From an uncultured Anaerolineaceae bacterium (GTDB taxonomy: Bacteria > Chloroflexota > Anaerolineae > Anaerolineales > UBA4823), in assembly GCA_964614855.1 (NCBI GenBank), contig CAZTMX010000002.1, positions 1 through 51,320 on the forward strand: a stretch of DNA of 51,320 nucleotides, written 5' to 3'. A program made the position numbers and the translations under genes. Below are positions 1 to 9,459 of the stretch, in pieces; position 1 is the stretch's first letter, and every line of letters starts with the position of its first letter. The notes under the pieces are model-generated. The model made no database searches. It was given only the letters and a program-made list of their open reading frames with translations, and was not told the origin of the DNA.

Positions 1-240
1 CTGGTGCTGGCGTACGCCGTATCGGTGCACAAGGCGCAAGGCTCTGAATTCCCCGCCGTGGTGCTTCCTGTGGTCACCCAACATTATATGATGCTGCAGC
101 GGAACCTGTTGTACACTGCGGTCACCCGCGCCCGCAAGCTGTGCGTACTGGCAGGAAGCCGGCGGGCATTGGGGATTGCAGTGCGCAACAACCAGGTATC
201 CCGCCGGAATACAGCCTTGGATTGGCGTTTACAGCGCTAA
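1..240 (+). CDS. recD2: C-terminal fragment of a RecD2/YrrC-type SF1 ATP-dependent DNA helicase (5' end lies outside the window)
   Basis: The reading frame is open from the window edge. The translation [21 protein letters not shown]...[18 protein letters not shown] carries the late helicase motifs ([15 protein letters not shown]) typical of RecD-like helicase C-termini. Confidence 0.85.
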   Translation: MVLAYAVSVHKAQGSEFPAVVLPVVTQHYMMLQRNLLYTAVTRARKLCVLAGSRRALGIAVRNNQVSRRNTALDWRLQR

Positions 241-254
241 ATGTTCTAGAACGC

Positions 255-1106
255 TTATTGAAACGGGATGTAATCTGGGACGATTTTGATATCCTGGAGG
301 TACCAGTCCGCCTTTGGGTCGTAAGCGAATGGTTTGCCTTCTGCCAGGAATTGGATGGTAATCGTCTTTTCACTAAAGAGCGATAGAGGGATGGCAGTCA
401 ATTTCCATTCCTGGTTGCCGGTGTAATTGGCCATTAAGGACCACCTGCCTTCGGCGTTGATGCTGACGGTGGCATAGCGCGGGATGGTATATTTGTGCCA
501 AAACACCAGGTGCGGGTTTGTCCATGCGGGGTCGATCAGGATGGGCTCTCGGCTGGTGAGCACCAGGTTGATAATGCCGCTCTGCTCAAAGGTGTATTTG
601 TCGTCTCCTTTCCAGCAAACCTGGTCGGAAAAGTGGCAGCCGGAATTGATCTGTGCAAAGCGGGACATCTTCCAATTGGTGATCACAATTGTCTCGGCAG
701 GTGCAGTGGCCGCGGGTCCCGCGGCTTCAGCTGGCGAGGCTGGCGGAAGCACTTCGGGGGCTTGCATGGGTTCAGGTGGGGGAGTGGGCTCTACCGGCTG
801 CAGGGCTGCTATTTGCCCAGCGATGATTGTCTCCTGCGCCTGGATAGTGGCCTGTGCAAATTGCTGCTGCAGCAGGGCAATTTGCGCGGCAGTGGCTGCA
901 ACAGCGGCGCTCTGGGTAGATACCGACGCTGCGTTCATCTCTGCCATTGTGGCCTGAACAAACACCGCTTGTTGGGTTTCTTTTATTGCGGGGTCTTCGA
1001 CAACCGGGGAAGAGCAGCTATAGGCAGGCAGTATTGAGATGAAAAGGATGAGTACGGCGCGCCAAACAGGAATAAACCAGCCCGGGTTTTTTTCAAGCTT
1101 TTCCAT
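255..1106 (-). CDS. hypothetical secreted or membrane-anchored protein
   Basis: 283-aa ORF. It has an N-terminal hydrophobic segment (WFIPVWRAVLILFISILPAYSCSS), an Ala/Gln-rich low-complexity stretch, a Pro-rich linker (PVEPTPPPEPMQAPEVLPPASP) and a beta-rich C-terminal part. I recognise no family by eye. Confidence 0.6.
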   Translation of the reverse strand: MEKLEKNPGWFIPVWRAVLILFISILPAYSCSSPVVEDPAIKETQQAVFVQATMAEMNAASVSTQSAAVAATAAQIALLQQQFAQATIQAQETIIAGQIAALQPVEPTPPPEPMQAPEVLPPASPAEAAGPAATAPAETIVITNWKMSRFAQINSGCHFSDQVCWKGDDKYTFEQSGIINLVLTSREPILIDPAWTNPHLVFWHKYTIPRYATVSINAEGRWSLMANYTGNQEWKLTAIPLSLFSEKTITIQFLAEGKPFAYDPKADWYLQDIKIVPDYIPFQ

Positions 1107-1235
1107 GATCTTATCCTTTTTGTTACAAATAGCAGGTTATTGGATTATCAGTGAAGGTTATCACTAGATCTAAAAATATTATACATGAAGGGCTGTAAAA
1201 CTGTTCCAACCAATCCTGGTATTCTAGAGGATATT

Positions 1236-1661
1236 TTACGGCGCGCCGGGTGCGCTGGTGGATGATGGGTCTCCAGGGATTGGAGTGGCGGGGATGGATG
1301 TAGGAGAGCCTGGGAGGTTCTGTGTTTGTCCAAGATCCAATGCAAGTTGCCCCAGGGCAAGTGCGGTATCCGTTTGACTGCCTTCAGCCAGGGCGCGCTG
1401 CGCCTGTTCGGTCAGGGTACGGTATATATCCTCATCGTCCAGTAATTCCAGGCGCGCCCGCGCTCTGACGAGATCGTGATTGGCTGCGTAGGCAAGGGCA
1501 ATCATGGCGCGATATTGATCCTTATCCTGCTTCTGTAAAGCAGCAGGTGAAGTGTCGAAGTACTTCAGCGGCTGCACCCGGTATGCATAAACCAGACCTG
1601 CAACCAGACCGAGGATCAGACCAGTCATCAAATACCAGGACCCGCGCGAGGGCTCGTTCAT
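1236..1661 (-). CDS. small membrane-anchored hypothetical protein, paralogue of the upstream gene
   Basis: 141-aa ORF with one N-terminal TM helix (WYLMTGLILGLVAGLVYAY). Its start overlaps the stop of the 1658..2017 gene (ATGA). It aligns by eye with that gene; the tail is Pro/Ser-rich. Confidence 0.65.
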   Translation of the reverse strand: MNEPSRGSWYLMTGLILGLVAGLVYAYRVQPLKYFDTSPAALQKQDKDQYRAMIALAYAANHDLVRARARLELLDDEDIYRTLTEQAQRALAEGSQTDTALALGQLALDLGQTQNLPGSPTSIPATPIPGDPSSTSAPGAP

Positions 1662-2017
1662 GGTGTGGGCGCTTCCTGCGCAAATGATTGCGCCTGTAAC
1701 GCAGTCAGTAGCGCCTGCATTAATTCCAGATCAGCATCGGTATAACCGATCTCCTGGGCAAAAATCAAGGCTTGCAAGGTTAGTTCTAGAGGGGGAGTTC
1801 TATCAAAAACAGCCAGATGCTGGATCGTTTGCTCCAGATTGTTGTTAACGGAGAATGCCTCCGCCGCCATCAGCACATAGTCCGTGCGATAGTCAATGCG
1901 TAGGGTCTCGGGTGATAAATCCTGGCTAGTGCTGGGGTTTAACCACCAGCCGTAAAGTAAACCGGCGCCAATTCCCAGACCGATGGCTAAGATGAAACCA
2001 ATCCAGCGTTTAATCAT
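1658..2017 (-). CDS. small membrane-anchored hypothetical protein, paralogue of the downstream gene
   Basis: 119-aa ORF with one N-terminal TM helix (WIGFILAIGLGIGAGLLYGWW). It shares the pattern TM..Y....P......SP..L......Y..M.A.A...N..L with the 1236..1661 product. Confidence 0.65.
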   Translation of the reverse strand: MIKRWIGFILAIGLGIGAGLLYGWWLNPSTSQDLSPETLRIDYRTDYVLMAAEAFSVNNNLEQTIQHLAVFDRTPPLELTLQALIFAQEIGYTDADLELMQALLTALQAQSFAQEAPTP

Positions 2018-2091
2018 GTGCGTATTATGGCACAGAGTACCTCAGTGGGCAAGGGAAAGAAGCCATTGAACGGATTAAGAGAAAAAATCGT

Positions 2092-2110
2092 ACAAACCAG
2101 ATTGGTTTGT
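2092..2110. promoter_or_regulatory. perfect 8-bp inverted repeat ACAAACCA-gat-TGGTTTGT (candidate operator) in the divergent spoVS intergenic region
   Basis: Read directly: ACAAACCA at 2092-2099 and TGGTTTGT at 2103-2110. It lies about 15 bp upstream of the predicted spoVS -35 element. Confidence 0.4.
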
Positions 2111-2124
2111 CCAAATATTGATGC

Positions 2125-2153
2125 TTGATTGTCAACAAAAAATCCTGTAGAAT
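2125..2153 (+). promoter_or_regulatory. sigma-70-type promoter candidate for spoVS (TTGATT-17-TAGAAT)
   Basis: TTGATT at 2125-2130, a 17-nt spacer, and TAGAAT at 2148-2153. This is about 65 nt upstream of the spoVS ATG. Confidence 0.5.
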
Positions 2154-2219
2154 CATTATAGAGAGCCTGCATTACCCTCTCAAATCATAGTCCTGTTTCT
2201 TGCCAGGGAGGGACCGAAT

Positions 2220-2480
2220 ATGAACGTCATTAAAGTCTCAGGTACTTCACGTACCTCCGCTGTGGCAGGCGCCATCGCTGGAGTCTTCCGTGAAAACAAG
2301 CGTGCTGAGGTTCAGGCCATTGGTGCAATTGCGGTGAACCAGGCTGTAAAAGCCCTGGCCCTGGCCAAAGGCTATCTGAAGGAAGATGGTTACGAAATTA
2401 TCTTTACTCCAGAATTTGTTGACGTAGAAATTGACGATAAAGTCCGCACTGCGATTAAATTTATTGTCGAAGCGCGCTAA
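2220..2480 (+). CDS. spoVS: SpoVS-family protein (stage V sporulation protein S homologue)
   Basis: 86 aa. MNVIKVSGTSRTSAVAGAIAGVFRENKRAEVQAIGAIAVNQAVKALALAKGYL...TAIKFIVEAR matches the length and conserved blocks of SpoVS. A GGGAGGG RBS lies upstream. Confidence 0.9.
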   Translation: MNVIKVSGTSRTSAVAGAIAGVFRENKRAEVQAIGAIAVNQAVKALALAKGYLKEDGYEIIFTPEFVDVEIDDKVRTAIKFIVEAR

Positions 2481-2503
2481 ACAAAACCCGTAAGAACGGT
2501 TAG

Positions 2504-2582
2504 AATAACAACAAAGAGGCTGGTTGGGCTGGGTGGATCTTTGTGTCTCACCGGCGCGAGCCGTCTTTTGTTGTTATTTTTT
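2504..2582 (+). terminator. long bulged hairpin followed by a T-run downstream of spoVS (terminator-like or structured RNA element)
   Basis: Arm AATAACAACAAAGAGGC (2504-2520) pairs with GCCGTCTTTTGTTGTTATT (2560-2578). That gives 17 bp with two single-nt bulges around a 39-nt interior, followed by TTTT (2579-2582). Confidence 0.45.
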
Positions 2583-2602
2583 AAGCGAGGATCCTTTTCA
2601 AT

Positions 2603-3448
2603 TTGAAATTTCGACTGAAATATCTCCAACTACTTATAACGATTGTCCTATCTGGCGCTGTCTTTTGTCTGGCTTTCCTGACCAGCCAACCTGCGGCGGC
2701 TTCGCCACTTCAAAGAGGATCTGAGCCAAATACCTTGCTGTGTCTGAAAAGCAAGGGCCGGATGGTGCTGGCGAGCCTGGATAGCGACCTTTTACCCTTG
2801 CCGGTGGATTACCGGGTGTATCTGCCGCCCTGTTACGACCATCAAACAAGGCGCAGGTATCCGGTTCTGTTTTTGATCCATGGGCAAAGTTATGCAGATG
2901 ATCAATGGGACCGCCTGGGGGCAGACGAGATGCTGGATGAGCTTATTGCCAGGGGCGAAGTCTCTCCGTTTATCATTGTTATGCCGCGCGATAGGTACGG
3001 CGGCCAACCCTCGGAGAATAACTTTGCCAGGGTGGTGATGGAAGAACTGCTGCCTTTGCTTGAACAGGAATACCGGTTGATGAAGGGGAGAGAATATCGC
3101 GCCGTCGGAGGGTTATCGCGCGGGGCAGGTTGGGCAGTTCACCTGGCTACAGTGTACTGGCAGGAATTTTCGATCCTGGGTGCTCACAGCCCGGCAGTGT
3201 TTTTTGACGATGCACAAAAAATGCGAGATACCCTGGATGCCATCCCCGCGGGTATGAAGCCAAGGGCTTATGTTGATATTGGGGAGCGGGACCGCCCGGA
3301 GATCCTCGAATCCGCTTATTGGCTTGCCCAGGTATTGGACGAAAAGGATATCCCGCACCAATGGCGTCTTTTTACCGGCTATCATTCCGAGAACTACTGG
3401 TCATCGCATATGAAACAGTATTTGCGCTGGTACGCAGAGAACTGGTAG
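2603..3448 (+). CDS. secreted alpha/beta-hydrolase of the putative-esterase (esterase D/enterochelin-esterase-like) family
   Basis: 281 aa with a TTG start and a signal-like N-terminus (LLITIVLSGAVFCLAFLTSQPAAA). It has the nucleophile elbow GLSRG and a YPVLFLIHG block. Confidence 0.7.
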   Translation: MKFRLKYLQLLITIVLSGAVFCLAFLTSQPAAASPLQRGSEPNTLLCLKSKGRMVLASLDSDLLPLPVDYRVYLPPCYDHQTRRRYPVLFLIHGQSYADDQWDRLGADEMLDELIARGEVSPFIIVMPRDRYGGQPSENNFARVVMEELLPLLEQEYRLMKGREYRAVGGLSRGAGWAVHLATVYWQEFSILGAHSPAVFFDDAQKMRDTLDAIPAGMKPRAYVDIGERDRPEILESAYWLAQVLDEKDIPHQWRLFTGYHSENYWSSHMKQYLRWYAENW

Positions 3449-3474
3449 CCAGGAGTTGATGATATAATCAGTGG

Positions 3475-3762
3475 ATGATTTTAAGCCTGGAAGAAGTCGA
3501 ACATATTGCCGAGTTGGCGCGCTTGCAGCTTAACCAGGAAGAGAAAGAGCTCTACCGCGGTCAATTATCCGCAATACTTGAGTACGCAGCTCATCTGCAG
3601 CGTCTGGATACCGCTGAAATCCCCCCTACGTCCAGCGTTTTGATATTAGAAGGTACACTTCGTGCCGATGAAGTGCGCCAGGGTTTATCCCGAGACGAAG
3701 TATTGCGAAATGCGCCTTTGACTGAAAAAGGGCAATTTCGTGTCCCCCCGGTTCTGGAGTGA
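3475..3762 (+). CDS. gatC: Asp-tRNA(Asn)/Glu-tRNA(Gln) amidotransferase subunit C
   Basis: 95 aa. LSLEEVEHIAELARLQLNQEEKELYRGQLSAILEYAAHLQ is a typical GatC sequence, and gatA follows. Confidence 0.9.
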   Translation: MILSLEEVEHIAELARLQLNQEEKELYRGQLSAILEYAAHLQRLDTAEIPPTSSVLILEGTLRADEVRQGLSRDEVLRNAPLTEKGQFRVPPVLE

Positions 3763-3843
3763 GGTGTGGTGAATAACCAGGATTTAAAAATCCCTGCAAT
3801 GATCACGCGCCTGTCGGATCAATCGAGAAGACTGAACTGAGCC

Positions 3844-5328
3844 ATGCAGAACCTGACTGAACTATCTGTAATCCAAATCATCCTCTCGCTGCGCGCTGGT
3901 GATTTCTCCAGCAGCGAGTTGACACAGGCTTATCTCCATCGCATTGGTACACTGGATAAAGACCTGCATGCATTTCTCACCATCACCCCAGAATTAGCCC
4001 TGGCACAGGCAGAGCGAGCAGATCGCCTGCTCCTTTCCTGGCGCAAAAACCCGCAGCAGGAACTCTCGCCGTTGACTGGTATTCCGCTGGCAATAAAGGA
4101 TGTGTTGTGTGTGCAAAGCGTACGCTGCACCTGCGGGTCTCGAATTTTGGAAAATTTTGTCCCGCCGTATAACGCCACAGTAGTTGAGAAATTATTGGCT
4201 GCAGGAATGGTTGTGTTGGGGAAAACCAATACCGATGAATTTGCTATGGGTTCATCCACAGAAAACTCGGCTTACGGAGCAACACGCAACCCATGGGATT
4301 TTTCTCGTGTGCCGGGCGGTTCCAGCGGCGGCAGTGCAGCCGCGGTGGCAGCGCAATTGGCCCCGCTGGCTTTGGGTTCAGATACCGGTGGAAGCGTGCG
4401 CCAACCGGCCGCCTTCTGCGGTGTAACCGGGTTAAAACCCACCTATGGGCGCGTATCCCGTTTTGGTCTGATCGCCTACGGCTCATCGCTGGATGTGGTG
4501 GGTGTATTCGCTCCTGCTGCCCAGGACCTGGCGCCGGCTTTTTGCCAGTTCGCAGGGCACGATCCACTTGATGCAACCACTTTAGATTTGCCCGTTCCTG
4601 ATATTCGCCTGGATAATTCAACAAAAATGGATTTCAGTGGCTTGCGCCTGGGTGTACCGGAAGAATACTTTATCGAAGGCATCCAACCGGAGGTTGAAAG
4701 CGCGGTGCGAGAAGCCATCCAAACTTTTGTGGCCCTGGGTGCGCAGATCGTCCCCATTTCTCTCCCGCATACAGAATACGCACTACCGGTGTATTACATC
4801 ATCGCCCCTGCGGAAGCTTCGGCAAACCTGGCGCGTTTTGACGGCATCCGCTATGGTCCACGCGAAAACGGGGAGAGCCTGTGGGAGGTTTTCAAACACA
4901 CCCGCGGAGCACGCTTTGGCGCGGAGGTAAAGCGGCGTATTATGTTGGGGACTTATGCGCTTTCTGCCGGGTATTACGACGCCTATTATGGGCAGGCGCA
5001 AAAAGTGCGCACTTTGATCAAGCAGGATTTTATGCAGGCTTTTGAAGGCGTGGATGTCATCGCCGCCCCGGTTGCCCCCACCACAGCTTTCCGCATCGGT
5101 GAGCACAGCAATGATCCCCTGGCGATGTACCTTGAAGATATCTTTACTCTCCCGGCAAACCTGGCCGGTGTACCGGGGATTTCATTTCCTGTCGGTGCGG
5201 ATCAAAAAGGCTTGCCGATTGGAATGCAGTTAATGGCGCCGCATTTCAGGGAAGATCTCTTGCTGCACACAGCGCATGGTTTTCAGCAGGCAACCGATTG
5301 GCATACCCGTCGCCCGCACCTCATTTGA
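3844..5328 (+). CDS. gatA: Asp-tRNA(Asn)/Glu-tRNA(Gln) amidotransferase subunit A
   Basis: 494 aa with the amidase signature (GKTNTDEFAMGSSTENSAYG, GGSSGGSAAAVAA, GSDTGGSVRQPA). Confidence 0.95.
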   Translation: MQNLTELSVIQIILSLRAGDFSSSELTQAYLHRIGTLDKDLHAFLTITPELALAQAERADRLLLSWRKNPQQELSPLTGIPLAIKDVLCVQSVRCTCGSRILENFVPPYNATVVEKLLAAGMVVLGKTNTDEFAMGSSTENSAYGATRNPWDFSRVPGGSSGGSAAAVAAQLAPLALGSDTGGSVRQPAAFCGVTGLKPTYGRVSRFGLIAYGSSLDVVGVFAPAAQDLAPAFCQFAGHDPLDATTLDLPVPDIRLDNSTKMDFSGLRLGVPEEYFIEGIQPEVESAVREAIQTFVALGAQIVPISLPHTEYALPVYYIIAPAEASANLARFDGIRYGPRENGESLWEVFKHTRGARFGAEVKRRIMLGTYALSAGYYDAYYGQAQKVRTLIKQDFMQAFEGVDVIAAPVAPTTAFRIGEHSNDPLAMYLEDIFTLPANLAGVPGISFPVGADQKGLPIGMQLMAPHFREDLLLHTAHGFQQATDWHTRRPHLI

Positions 5329-5590
5329 TACACACTGTTCTTTTTTCATTTCTAAGCAATGATATTGCCCGCATCTCAAATTTCGCCTGGAGATAACGAC
5401 GGCTTCTTGGCTTGCGATTGTTAGCACATGATGTCTCTCCGGCATGACCGGATTGCATGTGATTCTCACGCACTGGCAGAAGCTGCGGTAAATATGGGGC
5501 AGGCTTTTACAGAGCCGATGTCAGCCGGTGCGACATATCAGTTATAATTACGAAAATCGAAAGCCTAAAATGAAACTGGGGAGTTTATCC

Positions 5591-6604
5591 ATGAGCAAAT
5601 CCAAGCTAAACGTTGTCATCCCGATGGCTGGTCTGGGTACACGTTTGCGCCCGCAAACCTGGAGCAAACCCAAACAATTGATCAGCGTGGCAGGGAAATC
5701 TGTACTGGATCATGTATTGGATACGCTTTCCTCCTTGCCGAACCCGGAACAGGTGGAGCTAATCAATATTGTCGGGTATCTTGGCGATCAGATTGAGGAG
5801 CATATCCGATTTCATTACCCCGACATGGCAACGCGGTTTGTGGTGCAGGAAAACCCGTGCGGCCAATCACACGCCATCAAACTGGCTGAGCAATTTCTGG
5901 ATGGGCCTCTGCTGATCCTTTTTGCGGATACTTTGATCAAAACAGATCTGACATTCCTGGAAAACGAGCCAGCCGAGGCTGTCGCCTGGGTAAAACCTGT
6001 GCCAGACCCGCGTCGATTTGGGGTTGCAGATGTGGATAAAGACGGCTGGGTTACACGCCTGGTTGAAAAGCCGCAAGAGCTTACCAATAACCTGGTTTTG
6101 GTTGGTTGTTATTATTTTAAAGAAGCCAGGGATTTGATTTCAGCCATTGATGAGCAAATCAAAAGAGAGATGCAATTGAAGGGTGAGTTCTACCTTGCAG
6201 ATGCGGTGAATATCATGTTGGAGCGCGGGTTAAGAATGCGCACACAGACTGTCGATGTCTGGCTGGATGCCGGTACACCAGAAGCGCTCTTGGAGACGAA
6301 CCGTTATTTACTGGAAGCAGGCAAAGACAACAGCATCGAAGCCCGCCAACGCGAAAGCCTGGTTGTGTTTCCACCTGTGTATATCCACCCCAGCGCCGAG
6401 GTGCGCGGGTCGATTATCGGCCCCAATGTATCGATAGGCGCGGGGTGTGTGGTTGAAAATTCGATCATCACCGAATCCATCTTAGAGGATGAAGCACGTG
6501 CCACGAATGTAATCCTGGAATCATCCCTGGTGGGGCGCAGGGCAGTTCTGTTTCGCCGTACTGCAATCATCAATGCCGGTGACAACACCGAAGTCATGTT
6601 ATAA
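5591..6604 (+). CDS. sugar-phosphate nucleotidyltransferase with a C-terminal left-handed beta-helix domain
   Basis: It has the N-terminal NTP-transferase motif (VVIPMAGLGTRLRPQTWSKPKQL) and C-terminal hexapeptide repeats (IIGPNVSIGAGCVVENSIITESIL). I prefer the ATG at 5591, which has a GGGGAG RBS, over the GTG at 5528. Confidence 0.85.
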   Translation: MSKSKLNVVIPMAGLGTRLRPQTWSKPKQLISVAGKSVLDHVLDTLSSLPNPEQVELINIVGYLGDQIEEHIRFHYPDMATRFVVQENPCGQSHAIKLAEQFLDGPLLILFADTLIKTDLTFLENEPAEAVAWVKPVPDPRRFGVADVDKDGWVTRLVEKPQELTNNLVLVGCYYFKEARDLISAIDEQIKREMQLKGEFYLADAVNIMLERGLRMRTQTVDVWLDAGTPEALLETNRYLLEAGKDNSIEARQRESLVVFPPVYIHPSAEVRGSIIGPNVSIGAGCVVENSIITESILEDEARATNVILESSLVGRRAVLFRRTAIINAGDNTEVML

Positions 6605-6642
6605 AACCAATAGGGTCCAAACCAAAAGGAAAGGAAAATTGC

Positions 6643-7806
6643 ATGAGAAATACATACCTCGCCGATAAGATTGTCACGCTCAAGCCATCTGGAATTCGAA
6701 AATTTTTTGATATTGTGGCTACCATGAAAGATGTCATCTCGCTGGGGATTGGGGAACCGGATTTCACCACGCCCGATCCGATCCTCCAGGCAGGCATCCG
6801 GTCTCTCCAATCGGGCGATACCCATTACACATCGAATGCCGGTCGCATTGAACTGCGTGAAGAACTGGCCAGGCACCTGGAGCGCCTGTATGGGGTTGCA
6901 TACAATCCTGTTTCAGAACTTGTGATTACAGTGGGTGTATCCGAAGCATTGTACTTGATCATGACAGCTATCCTTAACCCGGGCGAGGAGGTTATCATCC
7001 CCACCCCATGCTTTGTTTCCTACCAGGCAGAGGTGATCCTGGCTGGCGGTGCTGCGGTTGAAGTCCCCTGCCGGGTGGAGGATAATTTCCAACCCAATTT
7101 GGAAGCCATTGCAGCTGCCGTTACCCCGCGCACAAAAGCCATTCTGATCGGTTATCCCAACAACCCGACGGGTGCGGTTGCTTCGCGCGAAGTTTTGCTG
7201 GGAATTTTGCAGATTGCTGAAAAACACGATCTGATTGTTATTTCCGATGAAATTTACGACCGCCTGGTATATGGTTTGCCGCATGTCTGTTTTGCTGCTT
7301 TGCCCGGCGCGAGAGAGCGTACCATCACCCTTGGCGGGTTCTCAAAAGATTATGCCATGACCGGTTGGCGCGTGGGGTATGCCGCAGGTCCAGCTCCCAT
7401 CATGAAAGGAATGGTCGGCATCCACCAGTTCACCATTATGTCTGCCCCCACGCCTTCCCAGGCGGCTGCTTTAGCTGCGCTGCAACTGGGTGAAACCCAT
7501 GTCCAGGAGATGGTGGATGAATACGACCGCCGCCGCAAACTCATCGTCAATGGGTTCAACCGGCTGGGGTTGCCCACCTTTGAGCCATTGGGTGCTTTTT
7601 ATGCCTTTCCAAATATATCCGTCACCGGGATGGATGACGAGACCTTTGCTCAGAAGCTTTTGGAGGAAGAACGTGTGGCAGTTGTCCCAGGTTCCGCTTT
7701 TGGCCTGGGCGGTGAAGGCTATGTGCGCTGCTCCTACGCAACCGCTTACGAAAAAATCGAGGAAGCCCTGCGGCGCATGGAAAACTTCATGCACCGTCAC
7801 GGCTAG
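6643..7806 (+). CDS. class I/II PLP-dependent aminotransferase (aspartate-aminotransferase-like)
   Basis: 387 aa. It has the SKDYAMTGWRVGY PLP-lysine block and the GYPNNPTG motif. An AAGGAAAGG RBS lies upstream. Confidence 0.9.
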   Translation: MRNTYLADKIVTLKPSGIRKFFDIVATMKDVISLGIGEPDFTTPDPILQAGIRSLQSGDTHYTSNAGRIELREELARHLERLYGVAYNPVSELVITVGVSEALYLIMTAILNPGEEVIIPTPCFVSYQAEVILAGGAAVEVPCRVEDNFQPNLEAIAAAVTPRTKAILIGYPNNPTGAVASREVLLGILQIAEKHDLIVISDEIYDRLVYGLPHVCFAALPGARERTITLGGFSKDYAMTGWRVGYAAGPAPIMKGMVGIHQFTIMSAPTPSQAAALAALQLGETHVQEMVDEYDRRRKLIVNGFNRLGLPTFEPLGAFYAFPNISVTGMDDETFAQKLLEEERVAVVPGSAFGLGGEGYVRCSYATAYEKIEEALRRMENFMHRHG

Positions 7807-7815
7807 GATTTATTA

Positions 7816-9276
7816 ATGGATTTTGAGGCGGTTATCGGTCTGGAGGTTCACGCAGAGCTTGAAACACAGTCCAAGATGTTCTGTGCATGCCCTGTGGTTG
7901 ATTCTACCCAGGCAGAGCCAAACACAGCAGTGTGTCCGGTTTGTTCAGGGTTTCCGGGCACACTGCCCGTTTTAAACGCCCGGGCGGTGGATTATGCCCT
8001 GCGAGTGGCGCTGGCATTGGGTTGCCATATCAACCCCGTCAGCATATTTGCTCGCAAGAATTATTTCTATCCAGATCTCCCCAAGGGATACCAGATCTCC
8101 CAATACGAGCAGCCGTTGGCTCTAAACGGCCGGCTATCTATCATCACTTCTAAGGGAGAGCGGTCCATCCGTATCCGCAGAGTGCATCTTGAAGAGGATA
8201 CCGGGAAATTAACCCACGTCACTGAAGGAGAGGCTGGATATTCCCTGGTCGATTTGAATCGGGCGGGGGTGCCCTTGTTGGAGATCGTCACCGAACCCGA
8301 TATGCATTCTGCCGAGGAAGTGCGAGTGTTTGCCGTCACCTTGCGCTCAGTACTGCGTTACCTGGGTGTAAACAGCGGAGATATGCAAAAAGGCGTGATG
8401 CGGATTGAGCCGAATGTATCTGTGCGACCTTCGGGCATCCAGGAGCTTGGTACAAGGACTGAAATTAAAAACCTGAACAGCTTCCGCGTTCTGGAACGCT
8501 CCGTGGCGTATGAGATTAAGCGGCAGAGTGCTGCTTTGGAAAATGGGGAGCCTGTTTTCTTGCAAACAATGGGCTGGGATGATGCCAGGGGTGTGACGGT
8601 TGTGCAGCGCAGCAAAGAAGAAGCGCACGACTACCGGTATTTCCCCGAACCGGATTTGCAACCCCTGGTGATAGAACCCCAGATGGTGGATGAAATCCGC
8701 GCCTCTCTGCCGGAGATGCCTGCAGCCCGTATGAATCGTTTTTGCCGCCAGTACGAATTGAGCACATACGACGCCGAAGTGCTCACGGCCGAAAAAGAAG
8801 TGGCAGATTATTTTGAACAGGTGGTGAGCGCCTTGTCTTCGGCGTCTGCCAAGTTAGCCTCCAATTACATCACGGGAGATTTATTCAACCTGATCAATAA
8901 AAGCGGGGGTACAATCACTGAACTCCGAATATCCGCAGGCAATTTTGCGGGTCTGATTGATCTGGTTGCTTCCGGGGAGATCAGCTCCAATATTGCCCAT
9001 ACCGTTCTCGCAGATATGTTTGACACAGGCGATTCTGCACCACAGGTCATCGACCGGGCTGGTCTACAACAGGTATCCGATACAGATGTGATCATGGAAA
9101 TGGTCCAGCAAGTCTTTGCGCAGAACCCGGATCAGGTGCGGTTGTATCTTGAAGGAAAGGAAACGTTGGCAAACTGGTTCTTCGGGCAGGTGATGCGATC
9201 TGCACAGGGCAAAGCAAACCCGCAGGTCATCCGGCAGGTTTTGAGCCAGCAACTGGACAGGTTGGGCGAGGTATAA
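7816..9276 (+). CDS. gatB: Asp-tRNA(Asn)/Glu-tRNA(Gln) amidotransferase subunit B
   Basis: 486 aa. [37 protein letters not shown] and a C-terminal GatB/YqeY domain are all typical of GatB. Confidence 0.95.
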   Translation: MDFEAVIGLEVHAELETQSKMFCACPVVDSTQAEPNTAVCPVCSGFPGTLPVLNARAVDYALRVALALGCHINPVSIFARKNYFYPDLPKGYQISQYEQPLALNGRLSIITSKGERSIRIRRVHLEEDTGKLTHVTEGEAGYSLVDLNRAGVPLLEIVTEPDMHSAEEVRVFAVTLRSVLRYLGVNSGDMQKGVMRIEPNVSVRPSGIQELGTRTEIKNLNSFRVLERSVAYEIKRQSAALENGEPVFLQTMGWDDARGVTVVQRSKEEAHDYRYFPEPDLQPLVIEPQMVDEIRASLPEMPAARMNRFCRQYELSTYDAEVLTAEKEVADYFEQVVSALSSASAKLASNYITGDLFNLINKSGGTITELRISAGNFAGLIDLVASGEISSNIAHTVLADMFDTGDSAPQVIDRAGLQQVSDTDVIMEMVQQVFAQNPDQVRLYLEGKETLANWFFGQVMRSAQGKANPQVIRQVLSQQLDRLGEV

Positions 9277-9459
9277 AACTGCCGCATGGATGATTGTCAC
9301 AAAGGAATGAATATACAAATCACTTGACGTTTATCCTGCCAGAGATAATAATAGCCTTAGCGAAAACATCATTGAATACAGCTAGAAAAAATTGAACCGG
9401 CGCAAGCAATTAGCGCACAATAGATAACCGAAAAAATTATAGACATCAGGAGGAAAGGT

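Noticed and set aside
6031-6039. Perfect DnaA-box sequence TGTGGATAA, considered together with dnaN at 10893 as a possible origin region
   Set aside because: It is a single box inside a coding sequence. There is no dnaA gene, no box cluster and no AT-rich unwinding element nearby. dnaN is preceded by gdh and its terminator, so a chance occurrence is most likely.
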